From: Botryllus schlosseri
Taxonomy: Eukaryota
NCBI GenBank assembly: GCA_051294905.1
Contig: CM119371.1
Location: 9,426,001 to 9,490,000 of the forward strand
Reading direction: 5' to 3'
DNA length: 64,000 nt
Numbering within the stretch: the stretch's first letter is position 1; the number at the start of each line of letters is the position of its first letter. The position numbers and the translations under genes are program-made. The notes beneath the pieces were generated by a model. The model was not told the DNA's origin. It saw nothing but the letters and a program-made list of their open reading frames with translations, and ran no database searches. This document shows positions 13,680 through 24,504 of the stretch, in pieces.

Positions 13680-14114
13680 ATATTATTATTATTATTGATG
13701 AAAAGATGAGTGACGCTTTTCGCCTGTGAGGCCAGGTGCGTCACGGACTAGAATGAGCTATCGATATACAAAATATGGACAAGAACCAATTTACAAGTAA
13801 GTACCACATGATATAACAAATTTCGAAACATGGGATAACATTTCGGGGATGATCAGTAGATTTTCGAGTGTTGCAGTGATTTTGAGCTCGCGCGCCCTGT
13901 CGAATAAAAAGTTCCGATGAAAATCATATCTATTGCAGTGCAGCAAAAAATGCACGACTGTTTCAGGCACTGCACAATTGTCGCATAGGTCGGTGTCGCT
14001 ACATCCAATTTTATATAAATGCCCTTTCAGGCGGCAATGGCCTGAACGAAGCCGAAATATTAATCGTTCGTAAAGCCTATGTCGATGCATCGATGGAAAG
14101 TGGCTATCAGTCAA
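13680..14114 (-). mobile_element. 3' fragment of a non-LTR retrotransposon (I-group-like ORF2 end)
   Basis: RLRSGHCRLKGHLYKIG..C..C...ETVVHFLLHC zinc knuckle followed by a (TAA)n tail. Confidence 0.8.
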
Positions 14115-14797
14115 TGATCTATGGAAATTTCGATAGTGACCTCCTCGCTCATACGAAAGCTCATATGAAAAAGATCATGTCGATGGCACATGTAAGTTCA
14201 GTCGATCTGAATACAAAAATCGAAATAATGTCGGTTTCTATGAATAATCCCACGAATATTAGCGCGGGAAACTTCCTCAGTCACAATTCTTTTCGATTCT
14301 GACTCTCTCAAAACACTCATTTAGGCCTACTTGAGTGTAGCATCCGAGAACATTTGACTTTCGTCGTTGGCTAGTTGCATATTATAGAAGTCACTTTAAA
14401 AATCCACACTACATTTTCGAAGACTCTGGGTTTCTTTAGAATTAGTCATATACATAAAGTCTTATATGAAACTGAAGAATAGGGTTTTGCGATCCTTTGA
14501 GCTTCTACAGCTACAACTGTGTTTACAGTTTGCTTCTCAAGGTTTCGTATGCAAAAGAACATCTTGGATTTGGCATACGAGCTTTTATCCGGTTAAGAAC
14601 GAGATTGGGTCTTTATTCTAAAACCCAATCTGGCGAATCATAACAAGGATAATGATCATGTAAGAAGTGAAAAGATATATTATTACGAAGACAACAGACG
14701 CAACTATCCATCAGGAATTAAATTGATTGGAGTAGCCAGACGCCAAAACCAGTAAATAATCCTCACTTCACTAAATCGACGACGAGTGGTCGTTTGT

Positions 14798-15075
14798 TGA
14801 TTGTTCATTTGTGGTATTCATGGTGTTTGTCGACTATTACGGTCATTTACACCAGGCCGATATTCTTCATTTATATTCCGTAACTGTCGTCTTGTAGCAC
14901 GGCCCACTTCTAGGCTTTTTATAAAGCACCGCTTGCACAGATGAGATGACGAGAAGGAGCCTAAATAAACCTCCAACACGTAGGTAGGAATTCTGGAGTC
15001 GACCTCGGTCGGACTCGCACCCGCAGTCCATTGGTGTTGCAGCCGTGGATTATACCACTACGCTATCTCGCCACC
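14798..15075 (-). mobile_element. tRNA-derived SINE (family 1), full length
   Basis: Head GGTGGCGAGATAGCGTAGTGG (A-box) with a degenerate B-box; flanked by AGTGGTCG(T/C)TTGT direct repeats. Confidence 0.85.
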
Positions 15076-15130
15076 TAGTGGTCGCTTGTGTCTACGAAGT
15101 CACTGAAGCTTTTCAGCAGTGTGAGTTTTC

Positions 15131-16607
15131 TAGGGTTGGTGCGAACCCCTGAAAGGTTCAGGTTCACGAACCTTTTTAAAAGGTTCTGTGTGAACGCGAA
15201 CGTAAACCTATGACGTCACGTGACGGAACATTGCTGATTCAAACCCTACATTTCAGTGAAGCGATATATTAATGTACAGTAGGGCTGTTCAAAAATAACT
15301 TTTTTTCCGGATTCCAGCCATTCACTGAATAAATTGTCAGGTTACCATAACAAAGCCTGCACACCAAATTTGGTTCAATTTTAACAAGTATAAGCGTCCG
15401 CAGAGCCAATTAAGACTTTTAATTTATTACGTTAAATTAAAAAAAAGTTTCAAATTTTTTTGTCGACCCCATGAAATTGTCGAGTTGTCTTCAAAAAGGA
15501 TGCAAAACAAAGTTGGCTCGATTCCAACCCGTACAAGCGGACTTATTTGAGTTTTTTGTTGATAATTCTCGGATTATCCTTGATCGGTGATAATCCGAGG
15601 ATTATCAACGAAAAACTCAAATAACTCCGCTTCTACTCGTTGGAATTGACTCAAATTTGTTTTGCGTCGTCTTTGAAGAGAGCTCAACAATTTCGTGGGG
15701 TTGACAGAAAAATTTGAAATTTTTTTCAAAAAATTTCTCCTAATAAATTAAAATTTTTAATTGGATCTGCGGAGTCGTATACTTGGTAGAATTGAACCAA
15801 ATTTGGTGTGCAGCGTTTTTTAGGGTAACCTGACAATTTAATCAGTGAATGGCCTGAATCCGGGGGGAAAAGTTATTTTTGAACAGCCCTAATGTACAGT
15901 CAGCCCATAAAATTAATATCTTTCTCGCTTCGCCAACAATTTCGAAGAGGACTTGCAACGGAATATTAGCTTACGCCCAAATGATCTAGGCTAGACCGGA
16001 CAATGTATTCGGCGTCTGACTGTTGCTACATTGATATTGATCAGAGTGTAAAACGGCTTTCAATTTGTACATTCTACCCGTATTGCCTCATAAACACGTT
16101 ATACAGTAGCCAACAACGCAATCGCACGGATTTGGTTTTTATGATATAATGAACATATCAAATTAAGATGGATCCTGTACGCCTGCTAGATTTTTTACAT
16201 CAGAGAACCATGTATTCTTTAAATCAATTTCTGTGATTAGTTGATGAAGCACAATTCGCTGACTACCTACATGTTATGTACATCGTTATTTGTGTTGTGT
16301 GATTACTGGTCTAGCTCACAGCAGAGACTCATTAAACAGGTATTGGTATTCACAAACGGAAAGCTGAATATTTCGAGCATACTTTTGTAACACAAAAGTA
16401 AGTACAATTCTTTTAATTGGCAAGGTACATGCTCGTTTAGTGTTGAAATTTTTATGTTGTCAGCGCCAAACAAGGAATGCAAGGAATTTCTACCAAAGAT
16501 GTTATAATACATGACAAATTGGAACAAACGAATGAGGTTCACAGTGCAGAACCTACCAAGGTTCGTTTGTGAAAGCGAACGTGAACCTCATGTTCACACC
16601 ATCCCTA
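15131..16607. mobile_element. MITE with GTGAAC/GTTCAC subterminal repeats; related pieces at about 2510-2590/7650-7870, 27030-29090 and 60300-60800
   Basis: TIRs TAGGGTTGGTGCGAAC / GTTCACACCATCCCTA; internal blocks recur at 28640-29000 and, inverted, at 60320-60790. Confidence 0.75.
15280..15891. mobile_element. Fold-back (whole-length palindromic) MITE
   Basis: TAGGGCTGTTCAAAAATAACTTTT termini; arms pair inward to about 15585; perfect TSD ATGTACAG; decayed relative at about 10500-10870. Confidence 0.9.
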
Positions 16608-17453
16608 GTGTTTGAATGCTTATGATTGAATGCTTCTGAGGCTTTACGATCACGGCATGTAAGTACGTACATTGCTTGAACCGTTCAAGTTGAAAGCCAA
16701 GCTTGCGATATGCGTATACGAAATAGTAGAGATGTTTGCATGCTCTGCATTATGAATTTTACCATTGGACTGACATGAATTTTCCTGTTAATAGCGTAAC
16801 GATTTCTTCAATCACTTTGGAAGTTTTTCTATTAAACGTAAATCTGACAGACATGTATCGAACAGAATTGGACCGTAGCTAAATACTTCGCAGAATGAGT
16901 AGTACCACGAAGACACGAGCAGCACGGTCTGATAGGAGACAATCCGTAACTAGATTGATTTTACCAGATACGGAATATCTGCAGATGGCATGCTCGAAGG
17001 TACTTGCGGTATTAGGCAGGATAAGGCTACGCTTTCCGTATAGCTGAATGTATAACTAGTAAAATCTCACTTTCATATCGCAATACCTCGGGCTCAGTAG
17101 ATCCTTAAGTATAGGCCATTGTTGTTGTCGGCGATACGCTATTTGCTAAATGGTACAAAACTTAAAAGCTGTAGGCGTCGATGCATCCTCCATCCTTTCT
17201 ATTTCAACAGCCCGACCTCGAGGCCCATACATCTTGAAAGGTTTCAACTGTTGAGCATCACAGAAATTAAAACGTAAATGACTTATTTCGGACCACGAGT
17301 GTGATTTAAGATTGGCAACACGAGCAAGTTTATTATGTTCAGTGCTGTACTTGGAAAAATGATTCGCGAGTGGGCTGGATTGATTGGTTCTTTGCATGTG
17401 TAGAAGTATTTATTTTTATGATATTTATCAATCGTATAGAAGTGCATTTAAAG

Positions 17454-18412
17454 CAGTGGCTCCCAACCTGTGGTACGCGTACCACTAGTGGTACGCGAAG
17501 GTCTTCCAGGTGGTACGCGAGTAGATTCTGTTATTTTTTCGACCGAAGGGAGTTATTAGTTAAGGTGGGGTTGAACACAACGATTATTCTCCAATAAACT
17601 TCAGGCTTAGCGTGGCCTCCTCGTACTCGACTCTAGCTTCTCACTCTATTCCCCATCTGCTAATTTCCCCTTCTACGTGGGAGTCCGAACAAGTATTTTC
17701 ATCCCTGATGACTATCAAGTCGAAAAATCAAAACCGACTTATTGCGCCCATGCATGACTTTCGATGCGCTGTGAGCCAACATATGCCACGCATCGACCAG
17801 CTAGGGCAGTGGTTCTCCTGGGGGGCGTGAAAGCATCTAAACAGGGGCGCGAAGCTGCGGCCAGCCGAAAATTTTTTCGCGTTTCGCGCGATTTACCTGA
17901 ATTTCATTGTCTTTGCTCTGTGAATAGTCATAACTGCATATTTAGGAGTTCTATTATCAACTGTCATAACCTTCCATGCAATCAAATTATTCGTTAGGAT
18001 TGCTAGCATTCTGGTTGCATTTTGTGATATAACGATAATGGGGGCGCGAAATTCTTCACTATCATAAACGGCGGCGCGTCTAAAAAAATTTGAGAACCGC
18101 TGAGCTAGTGGAAAATAAGCTAAATGCAGCCATCGCATTAAAACAATTGACGTTTGTAGTTTACTTTTAATTCAATATTATGTTGTGCTTCTTGTGACTC
18201 GTGGTGAAAAACAATTCCATGCATCCCATTAACCCTGACTGATAATGCCTAGTGTAATAGTGCTTCCTATTACGCCTCGCACACGTCAAAAACGTCATTA
18301 TGACGTCATAAACATTTTTTGACCGTCTTCAGCGTAACTTATGTGGGTGGTACGCGAGCACTGCATAAAACCTCGAAATGGTACGTGGGTGAAAAAAGGT
18401 TGGGAACCACTG
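17454..18412 (+). mobile_element. hAT Buster/Charlie deletion derivative with transposase C-terminal remnant
   Basis: TIRs CAGTGGCTCCCAACC / GGTTGGGAACCACTG; perfect TSD ATTTAAAG; STWESEQVFSSLMTIKSKNQNRL...PRIDQL...QPSH* dimerisation-domain remnant. Confidence 0.9.
17807..18102. mobile_element. hAT-type MITE nested in 17454-18412
   Basis: CAGTGGTTCTC / GAGAACCGCTG ends; TSD AGCTAGGG / AGCTAGTG. Confidence 0.8.
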
Positions 18413-18815
18413 ATTTAAAGGTAACATGGTTTCGATGCTGTCAGCATTGTGTGTCCTGGAGTTAAATCAAAAGTACAATCAGTTAATGTTAATCCATGAG
18501 CAGGTCACTGCTAACAGTTTAAAATTTTCATTAAGTTCTAGGTATCTGGACAACCGACTCTCATCCCTAATTTTGACAATCAGGACGACCCAGTTATCAA
18601 GTGACTTCGATGTTTCTGATGCGTGCACGTTATCATCGAATTCATATCTGGTTTGCTTTAGATATACAAATACGTACATAAATTATTTCCATGCCGTCGG
18701 TCATTATATCATCAAATAACAATATTGAATTTTGGCTCAGTATCCAAATTTTATATAGTGTGACCGGCGAATGGATTTAAATTTCAAATGCGGACCGCGA
18801 GCTAAAAAGTTTTCC

Positions 18816-19281
18816 CACCAACGCGGTGCCCTCGGGCTACCGGTATGTCGAGAGAACCAGATGAGTCGCCAGTGGTCGCAGTATAAATTATTCAAATAGG
18901 AGATTTGAAAGTCGAAGCGGTGAAGGGATTTATACGAGCATCAGCTGAATATGGGTCAGTCAACCCAAAGGAACATACGAACGTAGTTCCCGATCGGGGC
19001 GTTGCCCGTCTTCGCTCTCGCAGAGGCTTGACGGGAATCTAGTTAATATTACCGAGTTTCGGCGCGGAGATTGTCACTTCGGCGCGCAGTGCATCAACGA
19101 AACCGAGCCAGCCAAGTATTTTGTTCTTGATGTGGGGCGGGAATCCTGCCCAGTGCTCTGAATGTCTATAGGTGAAGAAATCCATCGCAGCGTGGATAAA
19201 CGGTGGGAGTAACTGGTTGCCTGTCGCAATAATCAGTACACAAGAAGTGGCTTTTGGTTTCAAAAAGGTTGGTGACCCCTG
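18816..19281 (+). mobile_element. TIR element filled with 28S rRNA-derived sequence, copy 2
   Basis: Begins CACCAACGCGG (eroded TIR) and ends GTTGGTGACCCCTG; internal TATTCAAA..TTTGAAAGTCGAAG..ATGGGTCAGTC and CTGCCCAGTGCTCTGAATGTC..GTGAAGAAAT..AAACGGTGGGAGTAAC resemble conserved 28S rRNA. Confidence 0.8.
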
Positions 19282-19461
19282 CTTTGGACCGTTTTTACTA
19301 ACTGTTTCTACTCGACATTATATGAAAGTAGCTATAATTGCAAGGTCCCAACGTCTTCGAAGTTGAAAGGTTTTGAGTGGCTCCTAACCGGGGTTACCAT
19401 AGATAGTCTCAGGGAGGAGGTCAAGACACGCACCCAACTCATACATATGATTGGTGATAAC

Positions 19462-20354
19462 TAGGGCAATTTTTTTTTGACATGTCAAAAAAAGTCAAAA
19501 TTAGGTCAAAATTGTAGCGTTAGGTCAAAATTTGTCAAAATTGTTTACAAAGTCAAACATTTTTTGACCTCTGCATTTCGTTTGTATCGTAGATTTTGCG
19601 CTGTCGGTAAACTTATCATTTGATATTTTACAGCTTGTAGCCTACTTTAGAGGCCTACCGTTGTAAACGTCCCATCGTCTGCTCATTGTGAATCATAAAT
19701 GGTCAAATGAAACAAATACTGACATGGTTTTATGGTCAACGTACCGCAATATCCTAGCTGAAGCAAGACTGCTTGGACATTGCATGGTTCTTATATCAAG
19801 AAGCGCAAGCTGAAAAATTGTGATATAGACAACATTGTCAGAATGAAGCAACACGGTTTGTCACAGACAACTTCGCAACGCACACAACGCACACAACTTG
19901 AGTGTTGTCAGCCAACAAATGCTGCTGTGGAACGTTCTTTTTCCGTTCTTGGCAAGCTACGTAGTAAGGACAGACACTTTCTACCCAAGAATGTAGGAAA
20001 GGATCTTTCGTTGTACTACAACAAATTTTAATTATTTCCACCAGAATACGTAATGTAACTACTGGAATTCTTCATAGCGCCAGATTTCGTTAAAATACTA
20101 GTTTTTCATGTAAAAATCTGTCAGTTTTTGAGCCAAAAACGTTTTTTTAGGTCAATCTACTTTGTGAGGACAGACAGTTCCAACCAGAAATGAAGATAAG
20201 TAGTACAATTTGAACATTATATGCGAAAACACCTAATTTGCATACGTGAGGTCAAAATTTGGTCAAATTTCAGTTTTTTTAGGTCAAAAAAGGTCAAAAT
20301 TTAGATTTTTTAGGTCAAAATCTTCCGTTTTTTGAGTCAAAAAAAATTGCCCTA
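19462..20354 (+). mobile_element. hAT non-autonomous element with GTCAAAA repeats and dimerisation-domain remnant
   Basis: TIRs TAGGGCAATTTTTT / AAAAAATTGCCCTA; perfect TSD GTGATAAC; CQPTNAAVERSFSVLGKLRSKDRHF. Confidence 0.9.
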
Positions 20355-20521
20355 GTGATAACTCGTATGTCTTGGCCACCATTCGGTGCAGGGAATTGTG
20401 CGCTATCGCATGGGAATTCTGTGGAGGTATGTTGTCCGCAGTGGCATAACCAGAGAAGGTTTGGATTCGATATCGAAACCTGAAATGCCGGATCTATCTC
20501 CAATACTTAATAGCTCATTAG

Positions 20522-21896
20522 TAGGGCGATTTTATTTACCGAAAAAACGGAAGATTTTACCCTAACCATTTGCCCTCGTGTATGTAAATTACGTGTTTTC
20601 GCACATAATGTTAGCTTTGTACTACTTATAATCATTTCTGGTTGAATCTGGCTGTACCTACGAAGTTGTTTGGCCTGAAAAAACTTTTCGACTTAGAAAT
20701 TGACAAATTTGTACATGAAAATACTTTATTTTAATGAGATCTGTACCAAGACGAATTTCAGTGGTTACATCACGCATTGTGGTTGATATCATTAAAATTT
20801 GTTGTAGTACAAATACTTTCCTACATTCTCGGGTAGAAAATGTATATCCACACTAATTAGCTTGCTAAGAAAAGAATGAAAAAAGAACGTTAAGCAGCTG
20901 CAGTTGTTGGCTGGTAACACTGAATTTGTGCGCACACTGCTGTTGACACACCGTGTTGCTTTTGGGCAGCGAGATAGCGTAGTGATATGATCCACGGCTG
21001 CGACACCAATGGGTGGCGGGTTCGAGTCCGACTGAGGTCGACTCCTGAATTCTCATACGTAAGTGTTGGAGGTTTATACAGGCTCCTCCTCGTCTACAAG
21101 TGGGCCGTGTTAGAAGCCTGCAGATATGGAATCAAAATAAAGACAATTGACCTGGTATAAATTACCATTGTAGTCGACACACAGCATGGATGGCACAAAC
21201 AACAACAGCCGTATAGTGTGGTGAGATAGCGCAATGATATATAATCCGCGGCTGCAACACCAATGGGTGCGGGTTCGAGTCCGACCGAGGTCGCCTTCAG
21301 AATTCCGATACCTAAGTGTTGGAGGTTTATCTAGGCTCCTCCTCGCCACATCATCCGCGTGAGCGGTGTCTTACAAAAAGCCTAGAGGTGCGCCGTGCTA
21401 TAAGTCGGCTGTTACGGAAAATATTGAAGAATATCGGCCTGGTGTAAATGACGATAGTAGTCGACAAACACCATGAATACCACAAAAACAAACAAACAAA
21501 CAAACAACAGCCGTGTTGCTTTATTCTGACAATGTTGTCATCATCACAATTTTTCACCAAGCGCTTCATGATAGGAGAACCAATCTCCACGCAGTCTTGC
21601 TTCAGTTAGGATATTCCGGTACGTTGAGCGTAACATTATGCCAACCTAGTTGTTTCATATGACCGTTTATGATTCGCAATGAGCAGACAATGGACCGTCT
21701 ACAGTGGTAGGCCTTATAAAGTATAGGCTACAAGATGAAACATTTCAAATGATGAGCTCACCGACAGTACAGACGATACAGACGAAATGCAGGTTAAAAA
21801 ATGTTCTGACTTTGTAAACATCTTTGACTATTTTTTGACCTAACGCTACAATTTTGACAAAATGTTGACTTGTTTGTCATGTGAAAAATCGCCCTA
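20522..21896 (-). mobile_element. Second, inverted copy of the 19462 hAT family, interrupted by a SINE pair
   Basis: TAGGGCGATTTT / AAAATCGCCCTA ends; reverse-complement similarity to 19462-20354; CTCATTAG on both flanks. Confidence 0.85.
20964..21510 (+). mobile_element. Two tandem tRNA-derived SINEs (family 1)
   Basis: Two heads with GAGATAGCG..GGTTCGAGTCCGAC, each with a CAA/CAAA tail; the pair is flanked by CCGTGTTGCTTT direct repeats. Confidence 0.85.
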
Positions 21897-22544
21897 TACT
21901 CATTAGCAATTGAGCTACTGGTTAGAGGCGACACGCTTTTGCGTTAGGACCGATCAATATGAATGCACTTGCTTGGGCGAAGCCCCGCATTTCTTACCTG
22001 GTCTATATGAACGGGAATAGCCTAAGTCACTCTGACTGCGATAAATATCCACTATACTGTTTTCGTTTTGTGTGAAACCCACATTTAGTGGTTTTGTTCT
22101 TTTATCACTTTATTGATGGACGGCAGCTCATTTGGGCACCGTTTATCAGCAGTAACGTATGTAACTTAGATGTATATTCGTATGCACCTTAGAACCTCTA
22201 ACCACGGAATATGATATATTTTAGGGTAAATATATTTCAAGATCCGGAGAAGAGGACACTTATGACAGGTTGCAAAAGTTTCCAGAGCGTACGAGAAAAT
22301 GGAAGTATTTTATATTTATCGAGATAATTCCGTTGTGTAGTCTAAATAAGGTCGTTTCCCCGATTGGAATCCCGAAATACCCGCTTTCACCGTATATTGC
22401 CAGTGTTGCCAAAAAAAAGTCAATTTTCCGTTCAATTCGGAAATGCCCATCGTTTAGGCCAACACTTGGCCCTTCTTCATGGCCTTTTTGACCATTTAAG
22501 GTTAAAAAGGAGGACAAATTACCAAAATGGATCACATTCTGGCT

Positions 22545-23899
22545 CAGACTTGGACAACTAGATAATTCTAGTTTCTAATTTCACTAAATTACAGCAAAAT
22601 GCCAGTAATCTAATTTTAATCTAATTTGCGAACTGTTTCTATTCTCTAATTCTAATCTAATTTGTGAATTGTTCTTATCCTCCAATTCTAATTCTAATCT
22701 AATTTGCGAAATGTTCCTATTCTCTAATTTTAATTCTAATCTAATTAATTGTTTTCCTGAAGATGTTTCTTTGTCCGCGGCATTTTTCTGCGAGTTTACA
22801 AGAATATCCCTCTCGCGCTGGGAAATCCAGTGCCAAGCAGCTATCGCAGTCATAGTAGTTATTATGCGACGGATAATAGTCATGCTGGCATAGTAGCTTG
22901 TAGTCTGCGAACAATATTCTAGTTTCGATCACCAACAGAACAGCAGCAAAGAAAATGAGATGGGTGTTACTAGGGCAAGTTTTTGTTGCAGTTAAATCCA
23001 TGGAAAGTAGCATTTATTTTTGACAAAAGTGGTAGTAAAAAGTTGCATTCACTTTTTCACAAAATCTGCACTAAAAGACCACATTTTGCACGGTTGACTA
23101 AAAAAAAGGTAGTCTTCCCAGTTCCACTAAAAAAAAAGGTCAACCTCCCAGTTCCACTATAAAAAAAGGTCAACTTTCCGACTCAGCTCCCGAAATACCC
23201 GTAAGAGCGTTACTTCAGCGCTGATTTACGGTATTTCGGTCAAATTTGGCCCTGTATTTCACCAAAATAAAAAATACTTTCAGGAAAAATCGAAAAAGTT
23301 GCAAAATGTTGCAAAAAGTTGCATGAAAAAAATGGACAAAAGTTGCAAAAAGTTGCACCATAAGATTCCTTCAAACAGCTTAAAACAGCATTCTACATAT
23401 CTTACGAGTATTTAGGAAGCTCCCGGAAGCTGTAAAAAAGTTGCAAAAGCTGCAAAAACTTGCCCTAGTTATTACAGGCCGTTTTCTAAGCGTCTCGGTC
23501 TTTTCTGTGTATGGGCCATTGCACGTCAAGGCAATATGACCTCGCGAGCCGCGTGTTGATGAGCCCTTGTATAGTGCAAAACGAGCCAAGCTTTGTACAG
23601 ACGTTTACCATTCTTATCGTTATGGTAATGCACTGTAATTTGATATGAACTTAACTTTTTGCAGTAATTCTTTCTCATTCGCAACTTCCTCCAATTTCCA
23701 AGTTTTTTCGAATTCGGTAATTATAGTTCTAATCTAATTTGGAAAACAACTGTGCATCTCTAATTCTAATTCTAATCTAATTTGGAAAACGATGTGTATC
23801 TCTAATTCTAATTCTAATTTAATTTGAAAAATGTGTGGCTCTAATTCTAATTCTGATCTAATCCGCAAAAGCTGAAAATTTTCTAGTTGTCCAAGTCTG
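22545..23899. mobile_element. MITE with (TCTAAT)n subterminal repeats; a related end lies at 1-170
   Basis: TIRs CAGACTTGGACAACTAG / CTAGTTGTCCAAGTCTG; no clear TSD. Confidence 0.7.
22971..23467. mobile_element. MITE with AAGTTGCA repeats, nested; family also at 36671-37519 and about 32950-33395
   Basis: TIRs TAGGGCAAGTTTTTG / CAAAAACTTGCCCTA; decayed TSD GGTGTTAC / GTTATTAC. Confidence 0.75.
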
Positions 23900-24025
23900 T
23901 CGGGCGCAGGAAGTACATTTCTCGAGAAAGAAGGACAAATCCGCCTGAAGGTGGACGATGGTAACCCCAATATATTTATCTACAATATAGGTTATACACA
24001 TACGTCCAAGGATCACGTCAAAACC

Positions 24026-24233
24026 ATGGTCGGCCGTGGTTCAATGCACGTGTCACCGGACAGTGCCTGGTCGTGGGTGATTTGCTTCGGGAACTCCTTG
24101 GCGTTGTTCAGCTCGCTTGGGATTTATCGTTGCTTTGGGGTATGCTACGATTCTGTGATGTCCGAATTCGATGTGAAATACGCGCAGGTGTCACTGGTGT
24201 CAGGATTCTTCACCGGATCCATGTCGTTCGGAG
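24026..24233 (+). CDS. SLC16/monocarboxylate transporter-like MFS gene, coding exon 1
   Basis: MVGRGSMHVSPDSAWSWVICFG matches the MCT PDGGWGW motif; acceptor TAG ending at 23990; donor GTACGA at 24234 (phase 1). Confidence 0.85.
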
Positions 24234-24312
24234 GTACGAGAAAAAATATCTTCAGCGTATTTCGGATTCCGGTATTACAACCCTTTACCTACGTGAGTTC
24301 TGATTTGAACAG

Positions 24313-24453
24313 CTCTGTTTCTTATCGTTGCGAAATGGCTTGGTCTCAGAAAAGTAGGATTGGCGTCAACGTTCCATTTCAGCCTGTCTTTATTTATCGC
24401 CTCTCAAAGCACCAGTATTGAGATGTTTGTGGTATTTTGAGGAGGAGTGACTG
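24313..24453 (+). CDS. SLC16-like exon 2, with in-frame TGA at 24438-24440
   Basis: Acceptor AACAG, donor GTGAGT, phases fit exons 1 and 3; ALFLIVAKWLGLRKVGLASTFHFSLSLFIASQSTSIEMFVVF*GGVTG. Confidence 0.8.
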
Positions 24454-24504
24454 GTGAGTGATAGATATCTTTTCCGGTATATATTAGAATAGTTTTCTAG
24501 AGAT

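Larger units (their letters stand above)
16650..18720 (-). mobile_element. Possible highly decayed LINE reverse-transcriptase remnant, interrupted by 17454-18412
   Basis: YEFDD...LDNW...LELNENFK resembles YADD...W...L.LN..K; YYSFCEVFSYG resembles the post-RT YYSxxxxxxSYG motif; many stops. Confidence 0.3.

Noticed and set aside
17705..17730. CTGATGA...GAAA hammerhead-like motif
   Set aside because: No stem I or III pairing; it is transposase coding remnant (LMTIKSK).
20964..21300. tRNA genes
   Set aside because: A/B boxes are followed by a SINE body and simple-repeat tail; no full cloverleaf.
24438..24440. TGA as selenocysteine or programmed readthrough
   Set aside because: SLC16 proteins are not known selenoproteins, the context is TGA-GGA rather than TGA-CTAG, and a second lesion exists in exon 4.
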